A stretch of 64,000 nt of DNA from Mobula hypostoma. Lineage: Eukaryota. The stretch covers positions 64,420,001-64,484,000 of the forward strand of contig NC_086108.1 in NCBI RefSeq assembly GCF_963921235.1. Reading direction: 5' to 3'. Below are positions 39,000 through 53,639 of this stretch, piece after piece (positions within the stretch are counted from its first letter, which is position 1; every line of letters begins with the position of its first letter). Below the pieces are notes generated by a model. That model did not search any database and was not told the DNA's origin. It was given only the letters and a program-made list of their open reading frames with translations. The position numbers were made by a program, and so were the translations under genes.

Positions 39000-41900
39000 T
39001 AGCATAGCAATAGATGCAGTAAGACCCTTCAGTCTAACTTCAGTGGAGGGGAATATTATTGATACAATATTCTGCGGCCATGAAAGAGAAGTCAGGATGG
39101 TGTGTTGCCTCCCAGGTGTTGAAATCCAAGATGTCTCAGAGCAGCTGCAGAAGATTCTCAAGAGAGAAGGTGAGCAGCCAGAGGTTGAGGTGCACATTGG
39201 CACCAATGACATTGGTAGAAAGGTAGAAGAGGTTCCTGCACAGTATATATAGGGAGTTATTGAAAAGGCTGAAGGAAAGGACCTCCAAGATAGTAATATC
39301 CAGATTACTCCCAGTGCCATGTGCTAGTCAAGGCAGGAATAGGATGATGAATGAGTGGCCTTGAAAGTGGTGCAGGGGGCACAGTTTTAAATTTCTAGAT
39401 CATAGAGATCTCTTCTGGGGAAGGTATGACCTGTGCAACAAGGACAGGTTTACACTTGAACCCGAGAGACCAATGTCTTTGTGGGCAGTTTTACTAGAGC
39501 TGTTGGGGAAGTTGGTATACAAGTCAATACAGTGTGTAGTGAAACTGTGAGGATAGACAGGCAAATGATAGGGCAAAATTGCAGTCTGTGGGATGAGGTG
39601 AAGTGCAACATGGGGGCAAAATTGAAAAAGGTGATGAACACAGGACAGAAGGTGTTATATTTCAACACAGGCAGAATATGTAATAATGTAGATAATCTTG
39701 CAGTACAGTTAGAGATTGGGCAAGACTGTGGGAGAGATCATAGTTTGGGAGAAGATCATAGCTGAGAGCTTAACATCCAAGGATGCACCTTGTGTAAAAA
39801 GGACAGGCAAGTAGGCAGAGGGGGTAAGTGGCTCTGTTGGTAAAAAATGAAATCAAATTCTTCAAAAGAGTTGACATAGAATGAGAAGATTTAGAATCTT
39901 TATTGGTAGAGTTAAGAAACTGCAAAGGTAAAAAGACCCTAATGTGAGTTATATACAGTAGCCAGGATGTGGAATATAAATTTCAATGGGAAATAGAGAA
40001 GGCATGTAATAGGAGCAATGTTACAATAGTCATAGGAGATTTCAATATTCAGGTAGATTGAGAAAATGAGAGGGAATTTGCAGAATGCTTACGAGATGGA
40101 TTTTTAGACTATCTTCTGGTTGAGCCCACTAGGAGAAAAGCAATACTGGATTGGGTGCTTTGTGATGAACCAGATTTGATTAGGGAGCTTAAGATAAAGA
40201 TACCCTCAGGTGACAGTGATCATAATATTGTAGAATTCATCCTGCAGTTTGATAGAGAGAATGTAAAGTCACATGCATCAGTATTAAAATGAAGTAAAAG
40301 GAATTACAGAAGCATGAGAAAGGAGCTGGCCAGAGTTGATTGGAATGGGACACTAGCAAGTTTTACAGCAGAACAGCAATGGCTGGAGTTTCTGGGGGCA
40401 ATTCAGAAAGTTCAAGATAGATACAAACCAAAGATGAAGGAGTATTCTAAAGAAAGGATGAGGCAACCATGGCTGACAAAAGAAGTCAAAGTATAAAAGG
40501 GCAGGAGAGAATATATAATATAGCAAAAATTAATGGGAATTTAGAGGACTGGGGTGTTTTTAAAACCCAACAGAAGGCAACTAAAAACCATAAAGAGAGA
40601 AAAGATGAAATATGAAGGTAAGTTGGCCAAAAATATCAAAGAGGATACCAAAAGTTTTTTTTAGATATATAAAGAGTAAAAGAGAGGCGAGAGTGGATAT
40701 TGGAACACTGGAAAATGATGCTGGAGAGGTAGTAATGGGGGACAAAGAAATGAAGGACGAACTTGATAAGTATTCTGCATTAGTCTCACTGAAGAATGTA
40801 CTAGTAGTATGCGCAAAATTTGAGAGGGTTGGGGGCAGAAGTGAGTGCATCTACTAAGGAGAAGGTGCTTGGGAAGCTGAAAATGCTGAAAGTAGAAAAG
40901 TCACCTGGACCAGATAGACTACATTCCAGGGTTCTGAAAGAGGTATCTGATGTGATTGTGGAGGCATTAAGTGTGATCTTTCAAGAATTACTAGATTCTA
41001 GAATGACTCCAGAGGACTAGAAAATTGCAAATGTAAATCCAACCTTTTAGAAGGGAGAGAGGCAGAAGAAAGGAAATTATAGGCCAGTTATCCTGACTTC
41101 AGTGGTTGGGAAGATGTTGGAGTCCATTATTAAGAATGAGGTTTCAGGGTACTTGGAGGTGCATGATAAAGCAGGTCAAAGTCAGCATGGTTTACTTAAG
41201 GGGAAATCTTTTCTGACAAATCTGTTGGAATTCTTTGAGAAAATAACAGGTAGGATAGACAAAGAGAGTTGGTGGATGTTGTTTACTTGGATTTTCAGAA
41301 GGCCTTTGACAAGATGTTGCACATGAGGCTGCTTAACAAGATAAAAACCTATTACAGGAAAGGTACTAGCAAGGATAGAAGATTGGCTGATTGGCAGAAG
41401 GCATAGAATGGAAATAAAGGGGACCTTTTCTGGTTGGCTGCCAGTAACAAGTGGTGTTCCACAGGGATCTGTATTGGGTCCACTACATTTCTCATTTTAT
41501 GTCAATGATTTGGATTACAGAATTGATGGCTTTATGGCCAAATTTGCAGGTAATACAAAGGTAGGTGAAGGGGCAGGTAGTATTGTGGAAGCAGGAAGTC
41601 TACAGAAGGACTTGGACAGGATGGGAGAATGATTGAAGAAATGGCAGATGGAATATAATGTAGGAAAATGTATGATCATGTACTTTTCTAGAATGAATAA
41701 AAGCATAGACTATTTTCTAAATGGGGAGAAAATTCTGAAATCAGAGGTGCAAAAGGACTTTGAAGACCTTGTGCAGGATTCCCTAAAGGTTAACTTGCGG
41801 ATGAGTTGGTGGTAAGAAAGCCAAATGCAATATAAGGGAATATAAGAGCAAGAATGTGATGCTGAAGCTTTATAAGGCATTGGTCAGAACGCATTTGAGA

Positions 41901-42445
41901 AACGTGAGCCGTTTTGGGCCCCTTATCTAAAAAGAGATGTGCCGGCATTGGAGAGGGTCCAGAGGATGTTCACAAGAATTATTCCATGTATGAAAAGATT
42001 ATCATATGAGGAGAGTTTGATGGCCCTAGGCCTATACTCACTGGAGTTTAGAAAAATGAGGAAGGTCTCATTGAAACCTATTGAATATTGAAAGGCCTAG
42101 ACAGGGAGGATGTGGAAAGGATGCTTCTTATAGTGGGTGAGTCCCAGCAGAGGGCATAACCCCAGAATACAAGGACGTGAATTTAGAACAGAGATGAGAA
42201 GGAATTTCTTCAGCCAGAGTGTGCTCAATCTGTTGATTTCATTGCCATGGATAGCAGTGGAGATCAAGTCATTGAGCATATTTAAAGCAGAAGTTGATAG
42301 GTTCTTGGTTAGTCAGGGTGTCAAAGGTTGCAGAGGGTAGGCAGGAGAATGGGGTTGAGAAGGATAATAAATCAGACATGATGGAATGGCGGAGCAGATT
42401 TGATGGGCCAAATGGCCTAATTCTGTTCCTATATCTTATAGTCTA
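39000..42445 (+). mobile_element. Near full-length degenerate CR1 (ORF1 esterase remnant plus ORF2 APE-RT)
   Basis: ORF1-like VCCLPG..VHIGTNDIGRK. ORF2 motifs IVIGDFN, KSPGPDRLHSRVLKE, TNLLEFFE and SGVPQGSVLGP. 3' tail present. Many stops. Confidence 0.93.
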
Positions 42446-42479
42446 ATAGCAATAGTAACAGTAATATGTATAAACTGAT

Positions 42480-45356
42480 TAGAGAAAACCCGCATTTGTT
42501 AAGAATAAGGTGTGTCTAAATACTTTGTTAGAGCTTTTTTGATGAGGTTACAGAGTGGATTAATAAGGGAGTTATGCTCGATATGGTATATATGGACTTC
42601 CAAAAGGTATTGACAAGGGGAACCATTATAAACTTGTAATTAGGATTGAAGGAATAAAGGGTACTGTTGTGGCATAGATTGAAATTTGATGAGGTAATAG
42701 GAAACAGAGTAATTGAGAAAGGCTATCTTTCAAACTGAAAGAAAATTTCTCCTGTGGACTGGAATGGCAACCCCCAGGACTATAACTTTAGTTAGCAGAT
42801 ATTATTGGATTTGAAAGTGGTTTATCATTATCACATGTACTGATATACAGAGAAAAGCTTGTCTTGAATACTGTCCATCCAGATAATATCATTACACAGT
42901 GCATTGAGGTAGTAAAAGGTAAAGCAATAACCAAATGCAGAATAAAGTGTGACAGCTACAGAGAAAGTGCAATGCAGGTAAAAAATAAAGTGTAAGATCA
43001 TAATGAGTTAGATTATGAAGTCAAGAGTCCATTTCATTATACATACAAACTATTAAATATCGTAATTGCTTTAATTCTTGCAACACTGAGCTGCATCCAT
43101 AATTCTTTTAAAAGACTTGGAAATCAAATCAAACACTAAATGAATCTAAAACTAAAGTGGAAATGCTAAAAAAAAAGTCATTGACCATGGAAGGAGAAAC
43201 TAGTCAATATTTTGGGTTTTTCTTTTCACAGATGCTGCTGAACTGGTTGAGTTCATCCAGCATTTCAAGTATGTCTTCTCCTTCCTACCAGTTGCATCAC
43301 TGACATTCAGTGCAGCAATGAAGGCCCTCCACCTCTGTCTATCCATACCGTTGCCTACAGATATAGAAGGATTGTTGAATGCCGTTTCCGTAACAATTTT
43401 GTTTGACCAGTCAGGGTTGTTGGTCCTGAGCTAAACCCCTGAACATGGAGGACAGGTGGACCACTCTTAGTTTGGCCTCTACTCTTTGACCTGTTTGGCA
43501 TGGGTGACCCTACCATGAGCTAACGTGCAAGACCGTGGCTCTAGCCAACATAGCTCTCCAGGACAATGAGGCACACAAGGCTCTCATCCCTGAGACAAGT
43601 TTGTGGTCCTCTTGGAGGTTTCAAGTATGTAGATGGTACTAAACTCTGAAGTTTGTTTAACTGTAAGGAGGATAGAAATAGATTTCAGGGAAATACTTAC
43701 ATGGTATGAGCAGAAAGATGGTAGATGGTTGAAAACAGAGAAATTTTACGTTTCAGTCAGAAAGATGAGAAGAGGCAGTTTTAAATGGTGGGATAGTTTG
43801 AGAAAGTAAGTATAAAAACAGAGACCCAGGCTTTATAAGTAAAGATATAGAGAATAAAAGGAAGGAATTTTTATGTAAGTTTGTAAAACACTGGGTCATT
43901 TTGTCAAATTCTGGACACCAGACTGAACAAAAGATGTGAAATCTTCGGAGAGGTATAGAAGAGATTTACTGAAATTATTCCAAGGGTGAAAGACTTTAGT
44001 ACAGATAGATGGAAAGGTTAGGGTCATTCCTGATACACACAAAATCTGATGGAGCTATTTAAATAGATAAAGTAGGATTGTAACTAAGTGAAAAAATCCT
44101 GAAACCCTCATGAGACAAAGGGAGAAGATTGGCTGGCCTGAAAGAGATTTTTAAATCTTTACTCACCACAGGTGAAATGCCAGATGACTTGAGGATAGCA
44201 AATATGGTGCCTTTATTCACGAGGGCATCAGAGATAAGCTAGGACTATATGTCTATCATCAGTGGGAGGAAAATGACTGAGTACTTTCTAAGGGTTACGA
44301 GTAATGAAAAGGAGGGATTAACCAAAGTTAGTCAGCATGGCTTTGTTAGTGGGCAATCCTCTCTGACCAATTTGAATGAATTTTTCAAAGAGATAACAGG
44401 TGTATTGATGTATACTCGTACAAAGGGTTAGAGTGCATGATATCTGGGATAAATTGGCAAATTTGATCCAAAATTAGTTGATAATAGGAAGCAAAGGATG
44501 ATGGTGAAGGGTTGTTGTGATTTTGAAATTATATCTGTTTACCATGGAGATCGGTGTTGAGAATTTTGCAGATTGTTATTTACTGCAGGTTAACAATTAA
44601 GATGTGAATACAGGCGATATAATTAGCAAATATGTAGATGACACAAAATTGCAACTATAAGATGATATTGTTGAGCTGCAAGGATGGGCAGAGCTATGGC
44701 AGGTGCAACTTAAACCTGGTAAGTGAGATGATTCATTAGGGTAGGACATATACAACCAATAGTAAACAAGGTGATTAAGAAGTCATTCAAGATACTTCAT
44801 TTATTAGCTAAGAAATAGAATACTGGGGAAGGTAGATTATGGTATTACAGTATTATATAAAATGCTGGTTTAGCCACAGTTTGAGTTCTGGTTGTGGATG
44901 GGTGTGATTGCACTGGAGAGAGTGCAGTAGATTCACCAGGAGTTTGCTTGTAATGGAGAGCTTCAGTTATGAGGAGAGACTGGATAAGCTATGTTTGTTT
45001 TCCTTGGAGAAGATGAGGGTGAATAAGGACCTGATTGAGGTTCACAAAATTATGAGGTGCATAGGTAAGGTAGATTCTAAGAAACTTTTCTCCACAGTAA
45101 GACTATATAAACCTGATGCCATAGGTTCAGGAAAAGAGGGAAAAGGTTTGGAGGGCATCTGAGAAAGACTTTTCTCACCTAAAAGGTGATTGAAATCTGG
45201 AATGCAGTGGGGATGGGTGGAGGCTGAGACTCTCACATTTAAGAAGTATCGGGATTAACGATGCATGGTACTAGAAGATAAGGTAGGTGTGGATGGGTAC
45301 TTAATAGTTGGCCTAGACATAGTACAGACATAGTTCAATAGCATATGACTCTATGA
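42480..45356 (+). mobile_element. Two or more heavily degraded CR1 fragments with nested inserts
   Basis: YMDFQK, SQHGFVSGQSSLTNLNEFF and SYEERLDKLCLFSLE remnants. Confidence 0.7.
43275..43618 (-). mobile_element. Short non-autonomous RTE-type retroposon
   Basis: 12-bp TSD tttcaagtatgt at 43263-43274 and 43619-43630. RTE-like 5' region 'ggtagggtcacccatgcc' and a (gaa)-type tail. Confidence 0.7.
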
Positions 45357-45776
45357 TAATAGAAAGAGAGAAACTATATTCATTAGTGGAGGAATCCAAA
45401 ACTAGCATGAAGGCAGTTGCTAAAAGGACCAGAATAATGAAAAAGTAAAGCATGCTTAATTCCTGATCCCTGACATCCTGAAAACATTTTGCACTGTCAG
45501 ATGTCTACATGCATGTATTTTCCAGCACATGTTATTAGTTAGAGAAAATAAATGGGAACTTAGCTCATCAACCATCATTATAGTGCTGAGAATGTTTTGA
45601 AATTAGTTCTAATCTTCCTCCCAGTTTAAGAAAGACCTAAATGCTAAACTAAACAAAATGAAACAAATGTGAATCCCCGACCTCGATCTACTCTTCAGGG
45701 CACAGGGTACAGGAGGTATATGATTATAAAATAGCAAAGAGACACAAGAGAGTCTGCAGATGCTGGAAAACTGGCA

Positions 45777-45777
<1 letters not shown>

Positions 45778-45818
<41 letters not shown>
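45778..45818. repeat. (CA)n microsatellite inside a Penelope end fragment
   Basis: About 20 CA units between 'ctgcagatgctgga' and 'tgctggaggagctcagcagg'. Confidence 0.95.
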
Positions 45819-45820
<2 letters not shown>

Positions 45821-47554
45821 AAAGTGCTGGAGGAGCTCAGCAGGTCAGGCTATGGAAAGTAATGAACAGTCAACATTTTGGGATAACGGTTGTCAATGAT
45901 AAAATTATAAATGTATTTAGAAAGAAGAGCTCATAAATTCAATATCTTGAGTGCACTGACAATACATTCCTCCAATAAAATTATTTATTTTAAATTGATA
46001 ACATAACTGCTCCAGACAGGTAGAGAACAAAATATTTTGCTTTTCATTTATGTCTTTTTTATTATCTCAATGCAGAAATAAAAATTTAAATATTGTCTAA
46101 TCCCTCAATTTTTATCTCTGACAACAACAGTCATTATCTCTCAGTTAAACGGACAGGTGGCAGCATGTGTATGTTTGTGCATGTAAATTTTGATTTGCTA
46201 CCAACATAATCTGTGAAATCAATCAGAAACCTACAAAGCAAGCAAGGCAATACTTATGCAGCTGGAGGTGGCATGTATCATTAGCCAAGGTTTCTGATTA
46301 CAGAATAAATGCAATCTTGTCTAATATTGGAGACGGTTGTGGTTGGAGAAGGCTTGAGGGGGGGAGGGTGGTTAGAGATGGGGAGGGTAGTTCCTGAGAA
46401 GTTGAAAAGTTCATGTCCAACCCATGTAGGCCAGCTGAGCGATATTGCCATCATGAGGAGATTTGTAAGGAGATTTTCACCGAATAAGTACTGAAACCGT
46501 TGCTGTTTGCAACTTTCAAAAAAAAAGTAAAACAGAGTGTACACAGTTACTGCTTACTGTGATGGAAACTATCTTGGAATATACTGTAAGTACACTGTGG
46601 TTTCCATAGAAGCAAGAGTATCAGGCAGATCAGTTTATAACGGTATAAATGCAGCATTATATGACAGACTTAATGCAATCCAATCCTCCTGCCCTTCAAT
46701 TGACAGCACTTCCCTGGAAAGTTCAGTTCACCATTTGTTATGCTCTCCCAAGATACTTCGTTTCAATTTTAATTGGAATAGTTTGCTTAAATTACACAGC
46801 CAAATATCAACAGGACTGCACTCAGATTTTCCATTATAAATTACTATATATTTAAACTTCTTTCTTCTATAGTAGAAAGTGAATTAGTGGGGCCAAGTTT
46901 GTAGCTTTTTCATGTAAATGTTTTAATTGATTTGACTTTGATTTAATGTCACTGTCTTGATTTGACAGTTTTATTGTTGAAAGGTAGATTGGGACAGTTG
47001 GGACCAAACACTGCAAATATCTTCCATCTTCTGCCTGAAGTATCACATCTCCTGACGCTGTACCAATAGTCATTAAGTTGGGGAGAGGTCTCCTTTTAAG
47101 CATAATGAATGGGAAAAAATGAATAAATAGCATTGTTAACTCTAGGCAAGCCAGAATATTTAAAATAATTCAAACCTGTGAATCAGATCGTTCTGTAAGC
47201 AAGATATTCGACGTATCATTGGTTGCTGCAGGGCACTCTCAGACCTGTACTGACATATCTCAATGTAGTAATTCAATTGTTTAAAAGTAATAAGCATCAG
47301 GAAAATCAGTTTTGAACTTGGATTAAATAATTCTCACATCTCCAAATAATGCCACAGTTTTCAGCACAGTTAATCAATGTAAACTCGAACTGTTTTGAGT
47401 TGTTTCTCATGTCTAGATCCTTGAAGAGTAAATGAAAATCAAGACTGAAACCTGAAGCTGGAAATCTGAACTAAAGACAGAATGAGCTGGAATTATGTAC
47501 AGTCCTGGCAGCATCTGTGGAGAGAAAAACAGAGTTAATGTTTCAAATCAATAA

Positions 47555-48615
47555 ATGTACAAGACATTAATGAGGCCCCACTTAGTTTTTAGGTTTCAGT
47601 TTTGATTACCATGCCACAGGAAAAATTAAACTGGAAAGAATGTAGAAAATAATTATGAGGATATTGCCGGGACTCGAAGGATAGGGTTAAAGGGAGAGTT
47701 GGGCAACCAGTGCTTTATTCTTTGGGACAGATGAGACTGAGGAGTGATTTTGTAGAGGTGAATAAGATCATGAGGGGCATAGAAGAGTGCACACAGTCTT
47801 TACCCAGGGTTGGGAAATCAAGACTGGAGGGCATAGATTTAAGGTGAGAGATAAAAGATTTAATAGGAACCTGAGGAGCAACACTTTCACACAGAGGGTG
47901 GTATTTATATCAAGATGGTTGAGGCAACCTCAACAATAACAGTTAGAACATAGAACAGTACAGTCCAGGAACAGGCTATTGCATCCACAATGTTGTGCCA
48001 AGCCAGCTAAATAGCAAATCAAAAACACCCAAACACTAATCCCTCCTACCTACACCATGCCATATCCCTCCATCTTCCTTACATCAATGTGCATATTTAA
48101 ACACCTCTTAAAAGCCTCTAATGTATTTGCCTCTACCACCAAACCAGGCAGTGCAGTCCATCCACAGCTCTCCGAGTAAATACTTGCCCCTCACATCCCC
48201 CTTGAACGACCCCCTCTCACCTTCAATGCATGCCCTCTGGTATTCAGCTTTTCAACCCTGGGAAACAGATATGCTCATCCACTCTATCTACGCCTCCCAT
48301 AATCTTGTAAACCTCGATCAGTTCTCCCATCAGCCTCCTGGAAAACAACCCAAGTTTATCCAGCCTCTCATGATAGTACATGCCCTCTAAAGAATGCAGC
48401 ATCCTGGTAAACCTGTTCTGCACTCTGTCCAAAGCCTTCCTATACTGGGACAACCAGAGCTGCATGCAGTACTTCTAGACAAGCACATGCATAGGGAAGG
48501 TTTAAAGGCACCTGGGTCAAATGCGGGCAAATGGAACTAGCTTAGGTGGCATCTTGGTCGACGCAGATAAGGTAGGCCAAGAGGTTTGCTTCCATGCTGT
48601 CTGACTCTCTATGAC
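47555..48615 (+). mobile_element. CR1 3' fragment with an antisense CR1 nested at ~47946-48472
   Basis: The outer copy resumes at 'tagacaagcacatg'. The inner copy has the tail 'tagaacatagaacagtac' and ORF 48244-48465. Confidence 0.85.
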
Positions 48616-50299
48616 CTTCACTCTAGTCCTTCAGTAGAATTCAGTTGTGCTGAAATGCTTTTGAAAAATCACTGATTGGAAATGTAAATTTTGACTCTTC
48701 CTCAATAAATCACTGCTTGCTCTGTTCAATTTGTCAGGCACTTTATGTTTTTATCTCCTGTAGATAGATCTAGGAATTGACATCTGTGATAATCAATAAT
48801 TCCATGATCGACAAATCATGAGATCATGAATTAGATGAAACGTGGATCTTGTTTACTGAATAGTTTCTGTGTACCCAAAGCCCTCTGAGCTCAGATTTTC
48901 CACCAAGATTACCACTTCTTAACTTGGAGTATCCTGACAGTTGATGGTTCAACTGTACAAATATGATTTTACTTTGAATTACAACAAAAAAAAGTTCTTG
49001 TAATATGAATTTGAATGGCAGTAGGCCAAAGGGTAATTAGGTCAGATTTTTTCACAATTTTATATTCTGCTTCTCTAGTGAGATGATGATTCAGAACACT
49101 AGAATTGTGCCACTGGCCTCACAAATCAGTTTTGTATTTTGTCTCTGCTACTGATATTCAATACTAATTTGATACAAGTACTTGATGGCTGTGAAAATGG
49201 TCTAAACAAATAAATTTCCAATGGTTTTATTTCATTCTATGTTAAAATATTAAAAATAATTGTCAGTCTATTCGAGAATTCACTGTGTGGTGAGAGGCTA
49301 CTAAACAGGAGTAAAAATTCAGAATTATAAGTATCTTGCCTGATTCACCTCCTCAAGTTCATTGAGGAAGTGAGTGTCTACGTGAATAACTAGAAGTCCT
49401 GTGATGTGACTTAATCAGACTTTCCATATACATCGGACAATTTCACATGAAAGATTATGGATTAGACATTCAATTATTTGGCGTAACATCCTTATGAAGT
49501 GTGATGAACTGAATCTAAAACATGATGGCAGACTGTCATCAAGTCATGTATATTGTGGTTTAGAAAATCTCAAATTCAACCCACATCAATTGTGTATACT
49601 CATGGTCCACAGGACAAATGCAATGACACCAAATGATATATTTTTAGATCACTTGGGTAAATTAATTTCTTGTGCATTTGAGATTGTGGGCTGCATTTAT
49701 AAACATGAGGTTCAACCGCAGAGTTGAGGTTTGATTGAGCTTTTGTTAAAGTGGGGTTGACTTTACTAATTTCCTTCAAGGCATCTGGTGTCCTGCTGTG
49801 GTGGTGGTCTTCAAGTGGATTCTTGGGATTCATTTCTGCTCTTCCTCACCTTACTTCCAATATCCTTGGGAACCCTGCTCACTTGTTCAACTCCATACCT
49901 CTGGAAATGATCATAAAGTACCCCTGATACTATCTCAATACTCCCAGTACCCTGCCCACTATTCTTCCCTCTCCGAACTACCTGCTGCAAGTGGAAAGAC
50001 GACGTGAATTTCCCCACTGCTCCATATTAGTCTTTCTTCACAATCTGTACAAGGCCTAGGCTGTTGTGGGCTATGCTTTGAGATAATAAATAGGCTGACG
50101 GACAGAAGGAACAAAATAAGTGTCCATTGGAAGAACTAATACTGAACAGAATACAGTAAGGTCAATACAGGTAGCACCATAGGTACCGCATATAACTGGA
50201 ACACGATTGATGAGAGTAAGCAGAATAGATCAAAGGATGGAGAATTTACTTTCATTGAAATACTGAAGGGAGGAAAAGGAGCACATATCTAAAATCAAT

Positions 50300-50918
50300 T
50301 GTAACACTCAGCTCTATCAACTCCTGTTTGTCTAGGGGAAACTGCCGTCCACCCGCCAAACTGTGTCTACGTTTGCGTAGATGCTGCGTAATGCACCCCT
50401 GTACAAACCCACAACGTAAAATATCCGAAAGTAAACAACATATGATTAAATGATTACACTTTATAACTCTTTTAGGTGGTGTGGTTAGTAGAAACAAGTA
50501 ACACAAAGGTGCCACTCAGTAAGTTTATCAGTCTTGTGCCAAAATATAATTCGTTGGAGCTCACGCCTTCCCAATCAATCCACAATCGACCTCCGAACCT
50601 CCGACAGCATCCGAGCAGTCAAATTCTGGTATCCGCCGTCCGGGAACCACCAGCCGCTCCCGTACTCTCCCTTTCTCTTCACTTGCCTCACCGAAAAGAC
50701 CGTGAACTCCTCCTCTCGGTTCCCACTATACAAGATAGCAAAACAGGTCATCATTGTTTCCCATTTATCTGTAACTTTAACCCAAACATCGCAGCTACAG
50801 AGAAATATTACCTCATCAGTTAACATTACAGAGAAGCCATTTCATATAACACTACAGAGAAGCCATTTTGTTAGCCTTAACAGTTAACATTACAGTTAAT
50901 ATTACGGAGAATTCTACA
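50300..50918 (-). repeat. Gypsy LTR (minus orientation)
   Basis: TGTAG...GTTACA on the minus strand. It is the inverted homolog of 53640-54263. Confidence 0.95.
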
Positions 50919-53639
50919 TTCCGATGAGTGAGGCCAACAAAAAGAAAACGGCATTTATATGCCCTCTGGGATTTTTCCAGTTCGAAAGGATGCCCCAGGG
51001 CATATCAGGAGCCCCTGCCACCTTCAGAGGGTCATGGAGAAGACAGTGGGGGATATGAATTTGCTTGAAGTGTTGGTGTATTTGGACGACTTGGTAGTAT
51101 TTGGATCCACCTTGGAAGAACACAAAGCGAGGCTACTGAAGGTACTAAGCTGACTGAAGGAGGAAGGGTTAAAAATTTCCCTGGACAAGTGCCAGCTCTG
51201 CAAGACCTCTGTTAGCTATGTTGGGCACATAATCTCACGGGATGGAATTGCTACAGACCCGGCTAAGATAGAAGCGGTGACCACATGGCCGAGGCCCCAG
51301 ACTATGAGCACTCTGTGCTCATTCTTGGGTTCTGTGGTTATTATTTGAGATTCATCAAGGGCTATGCCAAAGTGAGTCACCCCTTGAACCAGCTTCTGCG
51401 TGGTTACCCTCCCTTGGGGAAGAAAGGGAAAGGGAAAGGGAAACGGGGATGGGAAGTTCGAGAATATCTCAACCCATCGGAGCCCTTCAGACAGAGGTGG
51501 GATGCAAATTGTGAGGAGGCTTTTAAATCGCTGAAAGAGTTGCTGACCCAGTCACCGGTGCTGGCTTTTGTGGACCCCCGATTGCCTTATGTACTACACA
51601 TGGATGCCAGCCAAGAGGGATTAGGGGCCGTCCTGTATCAGGATCAGGGCACCAGGCTCAGGCCTGTAGCGTTTGTCAGCCGGAATTTGTCACCCTCCGA
51701 GAGAAACTATCCCACCCACTAGTTGGAGTTCCTGGTGTTGAAATGGGCGGTGGTGGATAAGATGAGTGACTATCTCTACGGGACCAAGTTTGAGGTGAGG
51801 ACGGACAACAACCTGTTCACTTACATCCTGACCTCGGCGAAACTGCATGCTACAGGTCATCGGTGGTTGGCGGCATTGTCGATATATGATTTCAGCCTGA
51901 AGTACCGGCCAGGGAGCCAGAATGTCGATGCAGACACTTTGTCCTGATGGATGCCTGAGGAACTGGAGAGGGACAAGGAGTGGGAGAGGATTCCTGCCCC
52001 TGAGGTGAAGGCCATGTGTCAGTTTGCTATCACTGTGAAGGCCGAGGAAAAGGAGAGACCGGATCGCGCAGTGGACACATTGGGAGCTTCTGATAACGTC
52101 CTACCCCCAGTTTACTGTGTCCTAACTGCTCTGAAGACCAAGCAGCTGACGGAATTAAGTGGGGAAGTGGCAGCTGCTCAGCGAGATGACCCAGGCATTG
52201 GCAACATTTGGTACACGGTGGAAAAGGGGGATATGGGGCAGGCGGAGAAGACGAAAAAGGTTTTGGTGCCTCCATTACTGAGGGAATGGCCTCAGTTGAA
52301 GTTGAAGAACCAAATTTTATATCGGGTAATGTCACCCCCGGATCGACCTTGGTGTTGGCAATTGGTCCTGCCTGAGAAGTATCAGAAGATTGCGTTAAAG
52401 TCACTGTACGGTAATTCTGGACGTCTGGGGGTGGAAAAGACCTATGGATTGCTCAAAGACAGGTTTTACTGGCCCAGAATAAAGTCAGAGGTTGAAGAGT
52501 ACTGCAAGTCGTGCAATCGCTGCATATGCCAGAAGACACTGCCTGTGCAGGCCACTCCTCTGACACACTTGCAGAGTGCGGGGCCCCTGGACCTGGTGTG
52601 TATGGATTTTCTGTCCATTGAACCTGATGCCAGCAACACGGCAAATGTCTTAGTCATCACAGACCACTACACTAGATATGCTCAGGCTTTTCCTACCAAG
52701 GACCAGAGGGCAACTACAGTGGCAAAAGTGTTATGGGAGAAGTATTTTGTACATTATGGCCTTCCCCAGCAGATACATAGTGACCAGCGATGGGACTTTG
52801 AGAGTATGCTCATCTATGAGTTACTGGGCATGCTGGGAGTCGAGAAATCTAGGACCACACCCTATCATCCACAAGGCGATCCTCAGCCTGAGAGGTTTAA
52901 TCAGACCTTGCTAGAGATGCTCAGGCACTGGAGATCAGCAAAAAGAGCAGATGGAGACAACATATTGGGCATCTGGTTCACTGTTACAACTGTACATGCA
53001 ATGAAGCTACTGGGTATTCACCCTATTATCTGATGTTTGGGCATGAGGCAAAGTTGCCCATTGACCTCTGTTTCGGGACTGATGCAGGTGACGTACTGCA
53101 GAAGCATTATCTGACGTATGTGTCTGATATGAGGAGAGAGCTGAAAAGGGCTTACAGAGGATGATGATTCGGATGTGTGGTACATGCTGCCATTTGCTAA
53201 CTTCCCTGTAACAGAGGAAGAGACTCCAGGCCCTTCTCCCACTGCATCAGGTGAGGTGAGGGGGACTATTGGTGGGCAGCTGAGAGTACAGCGGTACTCT
53301 GGAGTAGAGGAAGTGGGGTCTGAACCTGAGACAGGAGGCTCCAAGTTGCAGAAGGGTTTGAGTGACAGATCGCGGGAGGTTTTGCCAGGCAGCCCCAGAG
53401 TGTCTCCAGTAGTGTCTGAGCTGAAGGAGCTAGAAGAGGGAGTACGGAGGTCTCAGAGGATTAGGAATCACCCAGATAGGTTGGCCTATGTAGCGCCTGG
53501 GGAGCAGGGTGTGATCTCTACTGTTTTGGGGAGGTAGGTCACTGCTTTCTGCACTTGGATTGGGCTCTGTGTTTTGCAGGAGGGGTTGGCGAATTATCTG
53601 AACGTCATGAGGGCATGACTAAATTCTGTGGGGGGAGAA
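50919..53639 (+). pseudogene. Gypsy pol 3' half (RT-C, RNaseH, integrase) ending in a PPT
   Basis: [70 protein letters not shown] ggggggagaa at 53630-53639. Confidence 0.95.
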
